Shown here: positions 54,869 through 64,000 of the stretch, one piece after another | How positions within the stretch are numbered: position 1 is the stretch's first letter | Layout: each line of letters opens with the position of its first letter | From: an uncultured Flavobacteriales bacterium | Lineage (GTDB): Bacteria > Bacteroidota > Bacteroidia > CAIKAF01 | Assembly (NCBI GenBank): GCA_903825395.1 | Contig: CAIKAF010000030.1 | Span: forward strand, 7,553 to 71,552 | Direction of reading: 5' to 3' | Length of the DNA stretch: 64,000 nucleotides | Notes under the pieces: generated by a model | Seen by the model: only the letters and a program-made list of their open reading frames with translations | Told to the model about the DNA's origin: nothing | Databases searched by the model: none | Made by a program: the position numbers and the translations under genes

Positions 54869-55673
54869 TGCGTCTAGATTGAGGGTGCGGGGTGCGGGTA
54901 CGTTCCAGTTTGGTTATGAGCCAACCGGAGTTTAGCTCAGGGCGTAGCTTTTGTTGCAAAACAAAATACCAGCCAGGGATTTGACGGCAGTGAAAACGAA
55001 CCCCAAGAACAGACTTAAAAACTACCCGTTTCCGCTGAATTTCATACCAGAGTACGCTCAATCCATCGGGACTAAAATCTTCTTTTACATAAGAGTGAAG
55101 ATTTTCTGCATCTTGAAAAGCGCGGAATAGATTCATGAACTCAATTTCATGCGACATGGGATGCAAGAAAACTTGCCCCGTATCCTTATGGCCTACCGTC
55201 AACTGAGAAATACCTTGAACGCCTACAATCACCCATTTTGACCCAATTTTCTCTTCTTGCACCGACAGCATCAACTGCACAGTATCCAATTTCCCTTCCC
55301 AGGTAAAAACCACTTGGACTTCGGCCAAAAAATTTCCGGCATGCAGAGATAAATACTGGTTATTTTCAACCGATTCAGCAACAAAAGCGGAAGTCAGGCT
55401 GTCTGGAATTCCGGCCTGTTTATCGATAAGCAGGGGAATGTACTTTCGCCGAAAATAGGGGGATCTAAAATCCACATGCCCTTCGTACCACCGCTGACCG
55501 TCTGGGGCTTCCTCTGCGTTGAACCGCCTAAAAAACTGATTTATTTGTTTGGTTGATGCCTGCAGTTGAATTTCACGGTTGGGATCTATACCAAAGTTCT
55601 GCCCCATTAGGCCATAAGAAGACAAAAGCCCGGGCAGAAGAAAAAGGGGCAAAAATCGGCCCCAATTCATCAT
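54861..55673 (-). CDS. Secreted hypothetical protein
   Basis: The ATG at 55673 overlaps the upstream TGA (AAATGATGA) and gives the signal peptide MMNWGRFLPLFLLPGLLSSYGLMGQ. The longer track start (55709) is rejected. Confidence 0.6.
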   Translation of the reverse strand: MMNWGRFLPLFLLPGLLSSYGLMGQNFGIDPNREIQLQASTKQINQFFRRFNAEEAPDGQRWYEGHVDFRSPYFRRKYIPLLIDKQAGIPDSLTSAFVAESVENNQYLSLHAGNFLAEVQVVFTWEGKLDTVQLMLSVQEEKIGSKWVIVGVQGISQLTVGHKDTGQVFLHPMSHEIEFMNLFRAFQDAENLHSYVKEDFSPDGLSVLWYEIQRKRVVFKSVLGVRFHCRQIPGWYFVLQQKLRPELNSGWLITKLERTRTPHPQSRRNE

Positions 55674-56254
55674 TTGCTGGTATGTGCTACCCGAACATCT
55701 CCCAACCATACATCCCAGTAATCGACCAAGCGGCCTCCAATTTGAGTTTGCTTTTTCTCAACATAAATGGTGATGTCCTTTTTGGTGGTATCCTCGTATT
55801 TTAACCCTTCATTGGTTTTACCCGTGAATTTTTGAAAAATGGTGATTACCCCTACATACCTTCCGTCGGGTTGCAATTCCAAATCGCTGACATATTGAAT
55901 GTTGTACCATTCAACAGTAACTTGATCGTAATTCAAGGCCATTAGGTGATCAAAATACCTGCGCACCGTGAAATATCGAATTTCGCGCCGATTCAAGGAG
56001 GAAACTCCGATTTGAGCATCATCAGAAAACAGTTCTACTGCCCGATCTATAACCCGTTGTGCCTCAGAAAAGGGCGTACTTTTATTCCCCACCAAGGTAA
56101 TGTATCGACTTAAATCTCGAACCTTTTCCAGGGCCAAAGAATCAATGGCGCGTTTCCGCTCCGGAGTAATTTCTAGTGTTTTTTCCTGGGAAAACAGGGC
56201 TCCGCCTAAACCCAGGAACAGTACTATGGAAAACAGCAATCTGGACATGTTCAT
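55670..56254 (-). CDS. Secreted hypothetical protein, paralogous by eye to the N-terminal domain of the LRR protein
   Basis: Signal peptide MNMSRLLFSIVLFLGLGGALFSQ. L..L.G..S....S.......I.R....LF.D....(NRRE)....V..Y pattern is shared with residues ~35-150 of the LRR protein. Confidence 0.6.
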   Translation of the reverse strand: MNMSRLLFSIVLFLGLGGALFSQEKTLEITPERKRAIDSLALEKVRDLSRYITLVGNKSTPFSEAQRVIDRAVELFSDDAQIGVSSLNRREIRYFTVRRYFDHLMALNYDQVTVEWYNIQYVSDLELQPDGRYVGVITIFQKFTGKTNEGLKYEDTTKKDITIYVEKKQTQIGGRLVDYWDVWLGDVRVAHTSK

Positions 56255-56919
56255 TGTTTTAGCAATTCAAGTTCTTTAATTTTCCCTTGCTCATCGAGTT
56301 TCAATTGCTCGGCTTGTCGTTCATACCGGCGTTGGTCTTTGATGTAGTCCAAGTATTTTCGAATGGTAGTAGGTCGGTCGTAATCCTTAGATCCGCTGGG
56401 ACTTGTACTTATAACTATAAGCACCGGAACTTGAGCTGAGGCAAACAAGGTCAGTGCTTCCTGAATGTGGGTGTTGGCCGCTTCTATTGTGGGGGCATTG
56501 GCAATCCGCTCAAAATGGGTAAGAACCTGCTGAAAAGCCTTGGCTGACCGCTCCTTAATTGCCGCCCTACGATCGGCTTCTGCTTTCTCTTCTGCCATGC
56601 GTTGTTCCTCTTGCTTCAAGTACTCGTCTACTTTGGCCAGCCATTGATCAACCTCAGGATGGTTTAAATTTAGATCTTTAATGCGGTTCCATTCGGCCCG
56701 CTTTTCAGCTACCGTCATCCCATTGTTGGTCATTAAGGCCTTTAATTTTTCAATGGCCTCTTGAACCACTTGTTCGCGTTGTTCTTGAGCTGCCTTTTCT
56801 GCCTTTTTACGGCCAGAACATCCGGGAGAGCCAAGAATTGCTGCTGAAAGTAACAAACAAACAGCCAATGTTTTATACCGGAAAAATGGAGAAATAAAAT
56901 GAACCATTCTGTACTTCAT
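56251..56919 (-). CDS. Lipoprotein with charged coiled-coil region and a C-terminal domain of the same type
   Basis: Lipobox LGSPGCSG, E/K/R/A-rich helix. C-terminal I.EAL.LF.S...PV........DYDRPTTIRKYLDYI. ATGA overlap with the next gene. Confidence 0.6.
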   Translation of the reverse strand: MKYRMVHFISPFFRYKTLAVCLLLSAAILGSPGCSGRKKAEKAAQEQREQVVQEAIEKLKALMTNNGMTVAEKRAEWNRIKDLNLNHPEVDQWLAKVDEYLKQEEQRMAEEKAEADRRAAIKERSAKAFQQVLTHFERIANAPTIEAANTHIQEALTLFASAQVPVLIVISTSPSGSKDYDRPTTIRKYLDYIKDQRRYERQAEQLKLDEQGKIKELELLKQ

Positions 56920-56959
56920 ACCTCAAAAGTAATGAATATTGGATTTAGGCGATGTGGTC

Positions 56960-57391
56960 TTAGCGCAAAGGCCGTGCCAAAGTGCAATTCAGCAGATTTT
57001 TTTCCACTTCCACCAGCCCAACTTCCTCGCATTGTGCACAGGTTTGTATTTCCTTTCGAACATAGTTCACCAAATCGCGTATTTCTCCTTCATCCAATTC
57101 AAAATTGGGGGGCATGATTCCATCGTAGCGCTGTCCCCCTACCTGAAGTTCTCCTTTTCTGCCATACCGGATGCTGCATACCAAATCTGCAATTTCCCAC
57201 CGATTTTGGTCTTGAATGGGCGGAATCAACTTACCCAGGCCTTCACCTTTTTCTCCGTGGCAATTCAGGCAATGTGTGGCATATACGGCCTTGCCGCGAG
57301 CTACAGAACCCGATTCCGGTTTCCTCCAAATCAGAAAAGCTGCCACAGCTAGAATACCCACCGAAACCAGCAATGCCACCCACTTATTCAT
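56960..57391 (-). CDS. Membrane-anchored class I c-type cytochrome
   Basis: N-terminal TM, CLNCHGEKGEG haem site, distal IMPP methionine. Confidence 0.8.
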   Translation of the reverse strand: MNKWVALLVSVGILAVAAFLIWRKPESGSVARGKAVYATHCLNCHGEKGEGLGKLIPPIQDQNRWEIADLVCSIRYGRKGELQVGGQRYDGIMPPNFELDEGEIRDLVNYVRKEIQTCAQCEEVGLVEVEKNLLNCTLARPLR

Positions 57392-58076
57392 ACCTTAAAC
57401 CCGGTTCAATTTGAATGGCCTTGGGACCAAAATCTGGAGATTCCTGCAGCAACTTATCAATATCGGCCATCAACCGGTCAACCTCGGTTGGGTTGGTACC
57501 ATCGTACAATCCGCGAACCCGGTTTTGTGTGTCGGACAAGATCAAGGCTCCGCTGTGGGCAAAACCGCCCGGAGCATTCGCATCTGCTTCTGCAAACGAT
57601 CCATGTGCAGCTGCCAATTCAAATATGCGCTCGGGATTCCCTGTCAAAAACTGCCATTGTTCTCCATCCGCTCCCAATTTTTCAGCATAGGCCTTTAACA
57701 CTTCCGGTTGATCGTGCTTGGAATCAATGCTAAAGCTCAACAACATCAGGCGAGGCTCGGCACGAAACCGCTCTTGAATCCGAAGCATTTGTCCCGACAT
57801 TCTTGGGCAAATGGTGGGACAGGTAGTAAAGAAGAAATCCGCCACCCGGATTTTCCCCGGCATGTCAACCGAAGCCAGGGTATCGCCGTTTTGATTGATA
57901 AACTCCCAATTGGGTAGGGCAAACACGCTGGAGTCTGCCGTTCCGTTGGCGTCGGTTGTCCAGCTCATTTCCCCAAGGAAAGGCAATGCTTCAGCGGTGG
58001 ATTTGCCATCCCCTGAGCAGCTCCAAAAAATCGTACCCAGTACAAACCACCACATGCAACTCCGAGCCATTGCCAT
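57384..58076 (-). CDS. SCO1/SenC copper chaperone (thioredoxin fold)
   Basis: FFFTTCPTICP CxxxC motif and downstream conserved His (FAHSG). Confidence 0.85.
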   Translation of the reverse strand: MAMARSCMWWFVLGTIFWSCSGDGKSTAEALPFLGEMSWTTDANGTADSSVFALPNWEFINQNGDTLASVDMPGKIRVADFFFTTCPTICPRMSGQMLRIQERFRAEPRLMLLSFSIDSKHDQPEVLKAYAEKLGADGEQWQFLTGNPERIFELAAAHGSFAEADANAPGGFAHSGALILSDTQNRVRGLYDGTNPTEVDRLMADIDKLLQESPDFGPKAIQIEPGLRYE

Positions 58077-58077
58077 T

Positions 58078-58494
58078 TTATTTGAGCGAATCTAAACTTT
58101 CAAGGGCCTGCCGTGCATCGGCCATGCTATGGCCATAGTGAACAGCGACAGCTTCAATTCCCCGCAATTCCATCTGCAGCACCGCCACTCCGGCCGTATC
58201 TTTAATCACCGCATATCGATGCATCCAATTCATCATTTCATTGTACGCGTTGTCCAGTGATTTTGCTTTTAAAAACCACGTATTCGCTTCACTTGAATCT
58301 GCCGAAGCATCGGCCTGCTGCTGGCATTTTTGCTTTAAAGACATTAGCGTTCCGGTGAGTGGCATAATGGAATCATGCACCACCAACATCCGATCATGCA
58401 GGCGCTGAACTTCAGATTCGTTGACTTCGCTTTTGCGTTCGCACCCCAACAACACAGCCCCGAACAACAGGCTTACCATGAGCATTTTTTTCAT
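58078..58494 (-). CDS. Helical lipoprotein of unknown function, Met/His-rich
   Basis: Lipobox LLGCE. HDRMLVVHDSIMP and MMNWMH patches. Confidence 0.5.
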   Translation of the reverse strand: MKKMLMVSLLFGAVLLGCERKSEVNESEVQRLHDRMLVVHDSIMPLTGTLMSLKQKCQQQADASADSSEANTWFLKAKSLDNAYNEMMNWMHRYAVIKDTAGVAVLQMELRGIEAVAVHYGHSMADARQALESLDSLK

Positions 58495-58769
58495 ACCTCA
58501 AAGGTAACCCTTTGACAACGCTTTTCCCAATGATTTTTCAGTTGTATGCGGCATATTTCCGAGCATTATGAGCCTTGTTCTTTCTAATTTCCCGGCCTTT
58601 TCTTTTCTCTCCACCAACCCATTAAGGCAAACGTTGTATGTTGGGTTGAATCCTGCCCCATTCCCCTTTCGGCCATCGAGAGGCCATTCTGAAAACAGCT
58701 GCTGGATTTCCAATGCCAAGAGACTTCAGCCGAACCAAGGGCACTACACCCGCCATTCTGCCTTCCATT

Positions 58770-60083
58770 TTATTTCCCCAAGGCCTTTTGATAGGTTTCA
58801 ATGGCGCGAAGCCGTGCTGCGGCATGCTCGACCATCGGTTTGGGGTAGGAAAAACTTTCTATTTCTGGCACCCAACGCCGAATATAGGTTCCCTTCGTGT
58901 CAAACTTGGCCGCCTGAGTGGTAGGATTAAATACTCTAAAATAGGGGGCAGCGTCGCATCCGGTCCCTGCAGCCCATTGCCAATTTCCGTTGTTGCTGGC
59001 CAATTCAAAATCCAGCAGATGCCTTGCAAACCAAGCTTCACCTATCCGCCAATCCACCAATAAATGTTTGACTAAAAACCCCGCAACAACCATTCGAACT
59101 CGGTTGTGCATAAATCCGGTGGCCAAGAGTTCCCGCATGCCCGCATCCACGATAGGGTAACCCGTTTGCCCTTGGCACCACCGTTCTATATCCTCTTCTC
59201 TGTTCAACCAGGGTATGGCATCGTAGGCCGGCTTAAATGCCCGATCTACCACCCTTGGATGGTGCCATAATACATGCATAAAAAATTCACGCCATGCCAG
59301 TTCTTTTACAAAGGTCTCACTCTGCTGAACCGCTTGTCGGTACAGGTCGCGAATGGAAATGGTGCCAAATCGCAAATGAACACCCAACTTACTGGTGGCA
59401 TCCAAGGATGGCGTATTTCGCGTTTCTGCATACTCTCTAATAATATGATTACCAACCTCTTGGGCAGGAAATTGAAAATCCGTTTTTTCAAATCCCATGG
59501 CTTGCAGTGCAGGCAGCTGACCAAATCCTTCCGCCTGTACCCAGCCTCCCTGAACTGTTTCAGATGCATACCGTGGCTGTAAGCTGACCTTTGCTGCCCG
59601 TTCCAACCATACGCGGCTGTAAGGCGTGTACACCGAATAGGGGCCTCCGCTTCCGGATTGGATTTCATCCGGCGCACACATGACCTGATCTTTAAATAAA
59701 TGAAATTCCGTTCCTTTTGATTTCAACAACTCTGCCACCCGGGCATCCCGCTGACGCGCATAGGGCTCATAATCTTCATTGGCAAAAACCTCTGCCGGAT
59801 GCAGACGTTCCAGCAGCAATTTCCACACGTCCAACACATCGCCATGCACCACATGAAGGGTGCCGCCCCTTGCTTTAATTTCATGCTGCAGCCGCTGCAA
59901 CTGAAGATGAATAAAGGCCACCCGCCGGTCGGTTTTATCCTGCAATCGCGATAAAATCTGTGCATCAAAAATAAACAGACCCATTGTCCCACCGCGGCTC
60001 AGCGATTCAAACAGCCCATGATTGTCATGCAGCCTCAAATCGCGGCGAAACCAAAAAATGCGCTGAATTTGCTCCATGCTCAT
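58770..60083 (-). CDS. Deoxyribodipyrimidine photolyase/cryptochrome family protein
   Basis: IFWFRRDLRLHDNHGL N-terminus. FAD-binding TGYPIVDAGMREL..TGFMHNR.RM and NNGNWQW blocks. The ATG at 60083 or 60077 is preferred over the TTG at 60092. Confidence 0.9.
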   Translation of the reverse strand: MSMEQIQRIFWFRRDLRLHDNHGLFESLSRGGTMGLFIFDAQILSRLQDKTDRRVAFIHLQLQRLQHEIKARGGTLHVVHGDVLDVWKLLLERLHPAEVFANEDYEPYARQRDARVAELLKSKGTEFHLFKDQVMCAPDEIQSGSGGPYSVYTPYSRVWLERAAKVSLQPRYASETVQGGWVQAEGFGQLPALQAMGFEKTDFQFPAQEVGNHIIREYAETRNTPSLDATSKLGVHLRFGTISIRDLYRQAVQQSETFVKELAWREFFMHVLWHHPRVVDRAFKPAYDAIPWLNREEDIERWCQGQTGYPIVDAGMRELLATGFMHNRVRMVVAGFLVKHLLVDWRIGEAWFARHLLDFELASNNGNWQWAAGTGCDAAPYFRVFNPTTQAAKFDTKGTYIRRWVPEIESFSYPKPMVEHAAARLRAIETYQKALGK

Positions 60084-60135
60084 AGAATGCAATTTCCGGA
60101 AACTTGTTCATGGCCGGGCAAAAAAAAGTGAAATT

Positions 60136-60300
60136 AGGGGGAGATTTTGGGCGGCCATTCCGGCTATCACAGGTAGTACGCAGCCAAGTGAAGCGCCTGC
60201 TGTGGCCGCAAAGTGGCTCCTAAAGTCGCCCTTTCCGGTCACGCAGCCTGCTTCACTTGGCTTTGCGCGCTACCTTGTTCTATCCGGGCCGCCACCCCCC
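60136..60300 (+). repeat. Family-A element, copy A7 (subfamily I)
   Basis: gggggagattttgggcggccattccggctatcacaggtagtacgcag...tggctcctaaagtcgcc...ctttgcgcgctaccttgttctatccgggccgcc. Perfect 12-bp stem 60183-60194/60250-60261. Confidence 0.85.
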
Positions 60301-60329
60301 GAAAGGAATTGCGGCGAGGTAGATTAAAT

Positions 60330-62396
60330 TTATTTCAAGTCAAACAAGGAATTCTCCAGGCCATGATTGACTTTGGCCTCTTTAAGAATGAAGGTCAGGT
60401 TCATGCCCTGAATGCTTTGATCCAACTGATGGGGCACCAAAACGCCATTCACCGGTTGATACCGAGAATACAAGGTGCTACCCATGGCCGAATTGGTTTT
60501 CAATAGCAAACCGGACTCTTCGCTATACCAACGCGTATCTACGCTGCCGGAAGGCCCCGTAAATTTCATTTGATAACAGCGTTCTCCATCCACTAAAATC
60601 ATGCCTTGCAGCTCGGCAGTATACCCATAATCTGAGAAGCTGGCCTCAAAAACCGGTTGCAATTGAGCCAGCATTTCCTGAATATCAGCAGGTTCCATGG
60701 CTTTTTCTCCTTCCGGACTCACGGTAGTTCCCTTCTTGCCGTTCACCACCGCCTTTTGGGCCACTTGTCCCATCTGCTTTACTACCATTCGACCCTTGTC
60801 TGGACCTTTAAAATCCGTTTCCATTTCTAGGGTAAAGCCTTGTATGGAAGCTTCCGCCTTTTGAGAAAATTCTTTAATGCCTTTGATGTTGTCCTTGCCT
60901 CCAACCACTTGAATGAATCGGTCTACCACCGTTTGAGCGGTAGTTCCATCCGGCGCAGGAGCCAAACTGCCGGCTTTCCGTCCAAAGGCATCAAAAAACT
61001 CGATTTTACCATCGGCATCATAGGGTAGCAATCCCGATTCAATGCTGTCTCTGCGGCCAACCACAACCAAGTTGTAGCTGAATGGTTTTACATAATTCAA
61101 CGCGGCATTTTGGATGTCTTCTTGGGTCAGGTTTGCTAGGTTCGTCAAATAATCCTGATAGTAGGTTGCAGGCAATTTGTACCTCTCCGTGTTAATTGCG
61201 AATCGGGCAATGGTTCCGGGATCTTCCAGAGAGCGAGCAAAAGCACCGGTAATTTCGGCCTTGGTTCGATTAATTTCATCCATCGAAATGGGTTCGTTGA
61301 CAATTCGATTCATTTCAGCCACCATTTGATACACGGCAGAATCAGTCACCGAGTTCCGAACTTCAGCAGTAATGGTGAAAGTTCCCTTAACCGCATCGGG
61401 AGAAATCGATGCATACGAACCGTAGGTGTATCCATGCGTTTCCCGCAGGTTTTTAAACAACCTTCCGCTCATTCCTCCACCTAAAATATTGGTCATCACC
61501 CGAACTGCGATGGCATCGGGGGCTCCAGGTTTTAAATCGACCGGATAAGTTAAGCGGATTGAACTTTGTACGCTGTTGCCCCGATCGTACATGAATACCT
61601 GTGAAGCTTGCGGGGCCTGAGCATCGGGGAATTTTCTGCTGGGTAGTTTTTCTCCCTGCCATTTCCCAAAAGCTTCTTCTGTCAAGGCCTTTGCTTCCTC
61701 CAAAGTAATGTCACCAACAATGGCCATGTACGATGATTTTGGACTAAATACCTGAGTGTACATCGTCCGGATGTCTTGAAGTGTAATGGCCTCAATGGTT
61801 TTCTTATCGGTTACCTCTCCATAGGGGTGTTGAGCTCCAAAATTGGCGACACCGGCAATATTGCTGGCAATTTGACCGGGGTCATCTTGCTGTGAGGCCA
61901 ATCCGGAAAGGGATTCCTTTTTAATGCGTTCGAGTTCCTTTTCTGGAAATGCAGGTTGCATGACTACTTCAGCCATGATGTTCAACATTTCTTTTTTATT
62001 CCGTGATAGTCCCGAAGCGAATGCAAATCCCGCTCCAGCTTGAATGGAAGCTCCAAGCATGTCGATTTGTTCATCCAATTCCACTTTTGGCCGTTTTGTT
62101 GTGCCGGCCATAATCATAGAATTAAACAATTCAGAGGTGCCCGCCTTTTCCCCTTCCAAGATGGGATCTACCTCTACTTGAAGCGAGAAGGTGACTACTG
62201 GCAGTTTATGGTTTTCAACCACAAACACGCGCAAACCATTTTTTAATTTAAAGGACTGATAGGTTCCAAGTTTAATTTTTGGAGCAGGACCGGCTTCTGG
62301 GGCTTTGCTGCGGTCAATTTGAGCAGAAAGGCTCCCTACGTATAAAGAACAGAAAAGGGCCAGTACGAATGTTGAATACGCTTTCATAGGTTGCAC
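60330..62396 (-). CDS. M16-family peptidase homologue lacking the HxxEH motif (probable non-catalytic partner) with C-terminal extension
   Basis: Signal peptide and M16 fold pattern. The position equivalent to HxxEH reads FNSMIMAG. Confidence 0.8.
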   Translation of the reverse strand: MQPMKAYSTFVLALFCSLYVGSLSAQIDRSKAPEAGPAPKIKLGTYQSFKLKNGLRVFVVENHKLPVVTFSLQVEVDPILEGEKAGTSELFNSMIMAGTTKRPKVELDEQIDMLGASIQAGAGFAFASGLSRNKKEMLNIMAEVVMQPAFPEKELERIKKESLSGLASQQDDPGQIASNIAGVANFGAQHPYGEVTDKKTIEAITLQDIRTMYTQVFSPKSSYMAIVGDITLEEAKALTEEAFGKWQGEKLPSRKFPDAQAPQASQVFMYDRGNSVQSSIRLTYPVDLKPGAPDAIAVRVMTNILGGGMSGRLFKNLRETHGYTYGSYASISPDAVKGTFTITAEVRNSVTDSAVYQMVAEMNRIVNEPISMDEINRTKAEITGAFARSLEDPGTIARFAINTERYKLPATYYQDYLTNLANLTQEDIQNAALNYVKPFSYNLVVVGRRDSIESGLLPYDADGKIEFFDAFGRKAGSLAPAPDGTTAQTVVDRFIQVVGGKDNIKGIKEFSQKAEASIQGFTLEMETDFKGPDKGRMVVKQMGQVAQKAVVNGKKGTTVSPEGEKAMEPADIQEMLAQLQPVFEASFSDYGYTAELQGMILVDGERCYQMKFTGPSGSVDTRWYSEESGLLLKTNSAMGSTLYSRYQPVNGVLVPHQLDQSIQGMNLTFILKEAKVNHGLENSLFDLK

Positions 62397-63725
62397 TTAA
62401 TTGGATGGTTGAGGTAAATAATACAACACTACCCGATTTTCCTTAACCAGGTATTGGTTGGCTACTCTCTGAATATCTTGTGAGGTAACCGAGCGGTACC
62501 GATCCATTTCGGTGTTGATTAAATTGGCATCTCCGTAGTAAACATGGTAATTCGCCAGATTTTCAGCGATACCTGCCACTTGTTGATTTTGCTCAATGAA
62601 TGAAGTTTCAATTTGGTTGATGATTTTTGTTTTTTCTGCCTCTGAAATCAGTTCTTTTTTCAACCTCTCTGCTTCAGCATCCATAGCCTTTTCAAGGTCA
62701 GCAGGCCCTGTTTCCTGGTTGCAAATACCGAGTGCGATGAACACCCCGGGATCCTCTAAAGGGAAAGGAAAGGCAAAAGTGGCGATGGCCTTTTGTTGTT
62801 CGTAAACGATGGATCGGTTGTATCTGGAACTACCGCCACCTGAAAGCAAGGTTGTTAACACCTGAAGTGCATAGTAATCGGAGGTTCCTTGAGCAGGTAT
62901 GCGGTAGGCTTGCACGACAGCGGGCAACTGAATCTTATCAAAGACAGTATCTCGAATCTCCTTACCTAAAGGTGGCTCTACTACTTTTGGCCGCGGAATC
63001 TCTCGAGTTCCTTTGGGTATTGAACCAAAGTACTTTTCAATCAATTGCTTGGTTTTCTCAATGTCTAAATCGCCCGCAATTGAAAGCGTAGCATTTTGAG
63101 GCACATAAAACGTTTTATAAAATTCCATAAACTCCTCCAGCTTAGCTGCATTCAAGTGTTCCATTGAACCAATAGGCACCCAGCGGTAGGGATGCTGCTT
63201 GTAGGCACGCTTAAACACCTCTTCCATCAAAGACCCATAGGGCTGATTGTCCACCCTCTGACGCTTTTCCTCTTTTACTACCTCACGCTGAGTTTCTACC
63301 CCAATATTTTCGACTTTGGCATGCAACATGCGTTCACTTTCCAGCCACAAACCCAGTTCCAATTGGTTGGACGACAGCACTTCATAATAGAAAGTACGGT
63401 CTTGAGATGTATTGGCATTGTTGGCTCCTCCGGCGGTTTGAATGTATTTGTCAAATTCACCACGGGCAATGTTGGCTGAACCCTCGAACAATAGATGTTC
63501 AAAAAAATGCGCAAACCCAGTTCGTTCAGGGTTTTCATTTTTCGAGCCAACGTGATACAACACAGAAACAGCAACAATGGGAGTGCTGTTGTCTTGGTGA
63601 AGAATCACGTGCAAGCCATTCGGCAAATCGTATTCTACAAATGAAATTTTTGATTGAGCAAAACCGACGGAACTAAAAAGTCCTGCTGCCAGCACTCCAA
63701 TCGCAGTGTTTCTAAACATCAACAT
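62397..63725 (-). CDS. M16-family (pitrilysin/insulinase) zinc peptidase
   Basis: HFFEHLLFEG inverted zinc motif with downstream E. Directly abuts the partner gene. Confidence 0.9.
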   Translation of the reverse strand: MLMFRNTAIGVLAAGLFSSVGFAQSKISFVEYDLPNGLHVILHQDNSTPIVAVSVLYHVGSKNENPERTGFAHFFEHLLFEGSANIARGEFDKYIQTAGGANNANTSQDRTFYYEVLSSNQLELGLWLESERMLHAKVENIGVETQREVVKEEKRQRVDNQPYGSLMEEVFKRAYKQHPYRWVPIGSMEHLNAAKLEEFMEFYKTFYVPQNATLSIAGDLDIEKTKQLIEKYFGSIPKGTREIPRPKVVEPPLGKEIRDTVFDKIQLPAVVQAYRIPAQGTSDYYALQVLTTLLSGGGSSRYNRSIVYEQQKAIATFAFPFPLEDPGVFIALGICNQETGPADLEKAMDAEAERLKKELISEAEKTKIINQIETSFIEQNQQVAGIAENLANYHVYYGDANLINTEMDRYRSVTSQDIQRVANQYLVKENRVVLYYLPQPSN

Positions 63726-63871
63726 ATTTGATTATTTGGCGTGCAAGGTATGACTTTTGCTATTTTTTTGCCAAGGTAAAATTGACATAATTCTTAATTG
63801 CGGTTAAATCATGGTTTTTAGCGGGGTTGGCTCAACGCCTATGTTAAGTTTTTATTAATTTAGAACCCGCT

Positions 63872-64000
63872 ATGAAACAACATCTTAGATCCCGTTCCAT
63901 TGTTAGCCTTGGAGGGTTTTTCTTAACCTTGTGGACCGGGGCAGTCTGGGCCCAACCGCTTCACATTACCGAAATCAATTACAACAGCGATTCTACCATA
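63872..64000 (+). CDS. Secreted protein, N-terminus only (runs off right edge), possibly lamin-tail-domain type
   Basis: MKQHLRSRSIVSLGGFFLTLWTGAVWAQ signal peptide followed by PLHITEINYNSD. Confidence 0.45.
   Translation, partial: MKQHLRSRSIVSLGGFFLTLWTGAVWAQPLHITEINYNSDSTI

Overview
The window looks like a chromosomal segment of a Bacteroidota bacterium. This is inferred from T9SS C-terminal sorting tails on several secreted proteins, TAnnTTTG -7 promoter boxes, the absence of Shine-Dalgarno sequences, and the gene content. Sample lines run about 50-57% G+C in housekeeping genes.

Gene content:
- Housekeeping genes: pepN, an ABC-F ATPase, pruA, ahcY, folD, ffh, a peroxiredoxin, prs, rplY, pth, a photolyase, an M16 peptidase pair and tRNA-Asn.
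- Many secreted or envelope proteins. One is a giant minus-strand gene of at least 1845 codons that runs off the left edge and is missing from the ORF track.
- Several visibly AT-rich accessory islets: a K+-channel-like gene, an Arch_ATPase/DUF234 ATPase, an MntA/HepT toxin-antitoxin module whose toxin carries an in-frame TAA, and a beta-lactamase-fold T9SS cargo.

The most unusual content is non-coding:
- Family A: seven copies of a GC-rich 150-200 bp long-hairpin intergenic element, in two subfamilies. Stem sequences differ between copies but stay self-complementary.
- Family B: a composite AT/GC-mixed repeat containing a 52-bp unit present in 1, 3 or 4 copies. It sits beside the AT-rich accessory genes and forms an inverted pair around the beta-lactamase-fold gene.
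- A tandem array of five perfect-hairpin units downstream of the peroxiredoxin gene.

Candidate uncharacterised protein systems:
- A translationally coupled four-gene secreted operon ending in an 814-aa LRR protein.
- A cluster of a YceI protein, CxxCH-motif lipoproteins and a beta-barrel protein.
- A class-II-cytochrome-c-like protein coupled to an FTR1 permease and a Fur-family regulator.

No transposase, integrase, CRISPR array, rRNA or prophage was seen. All homology calls are by-eye motif recognition, not database searches.
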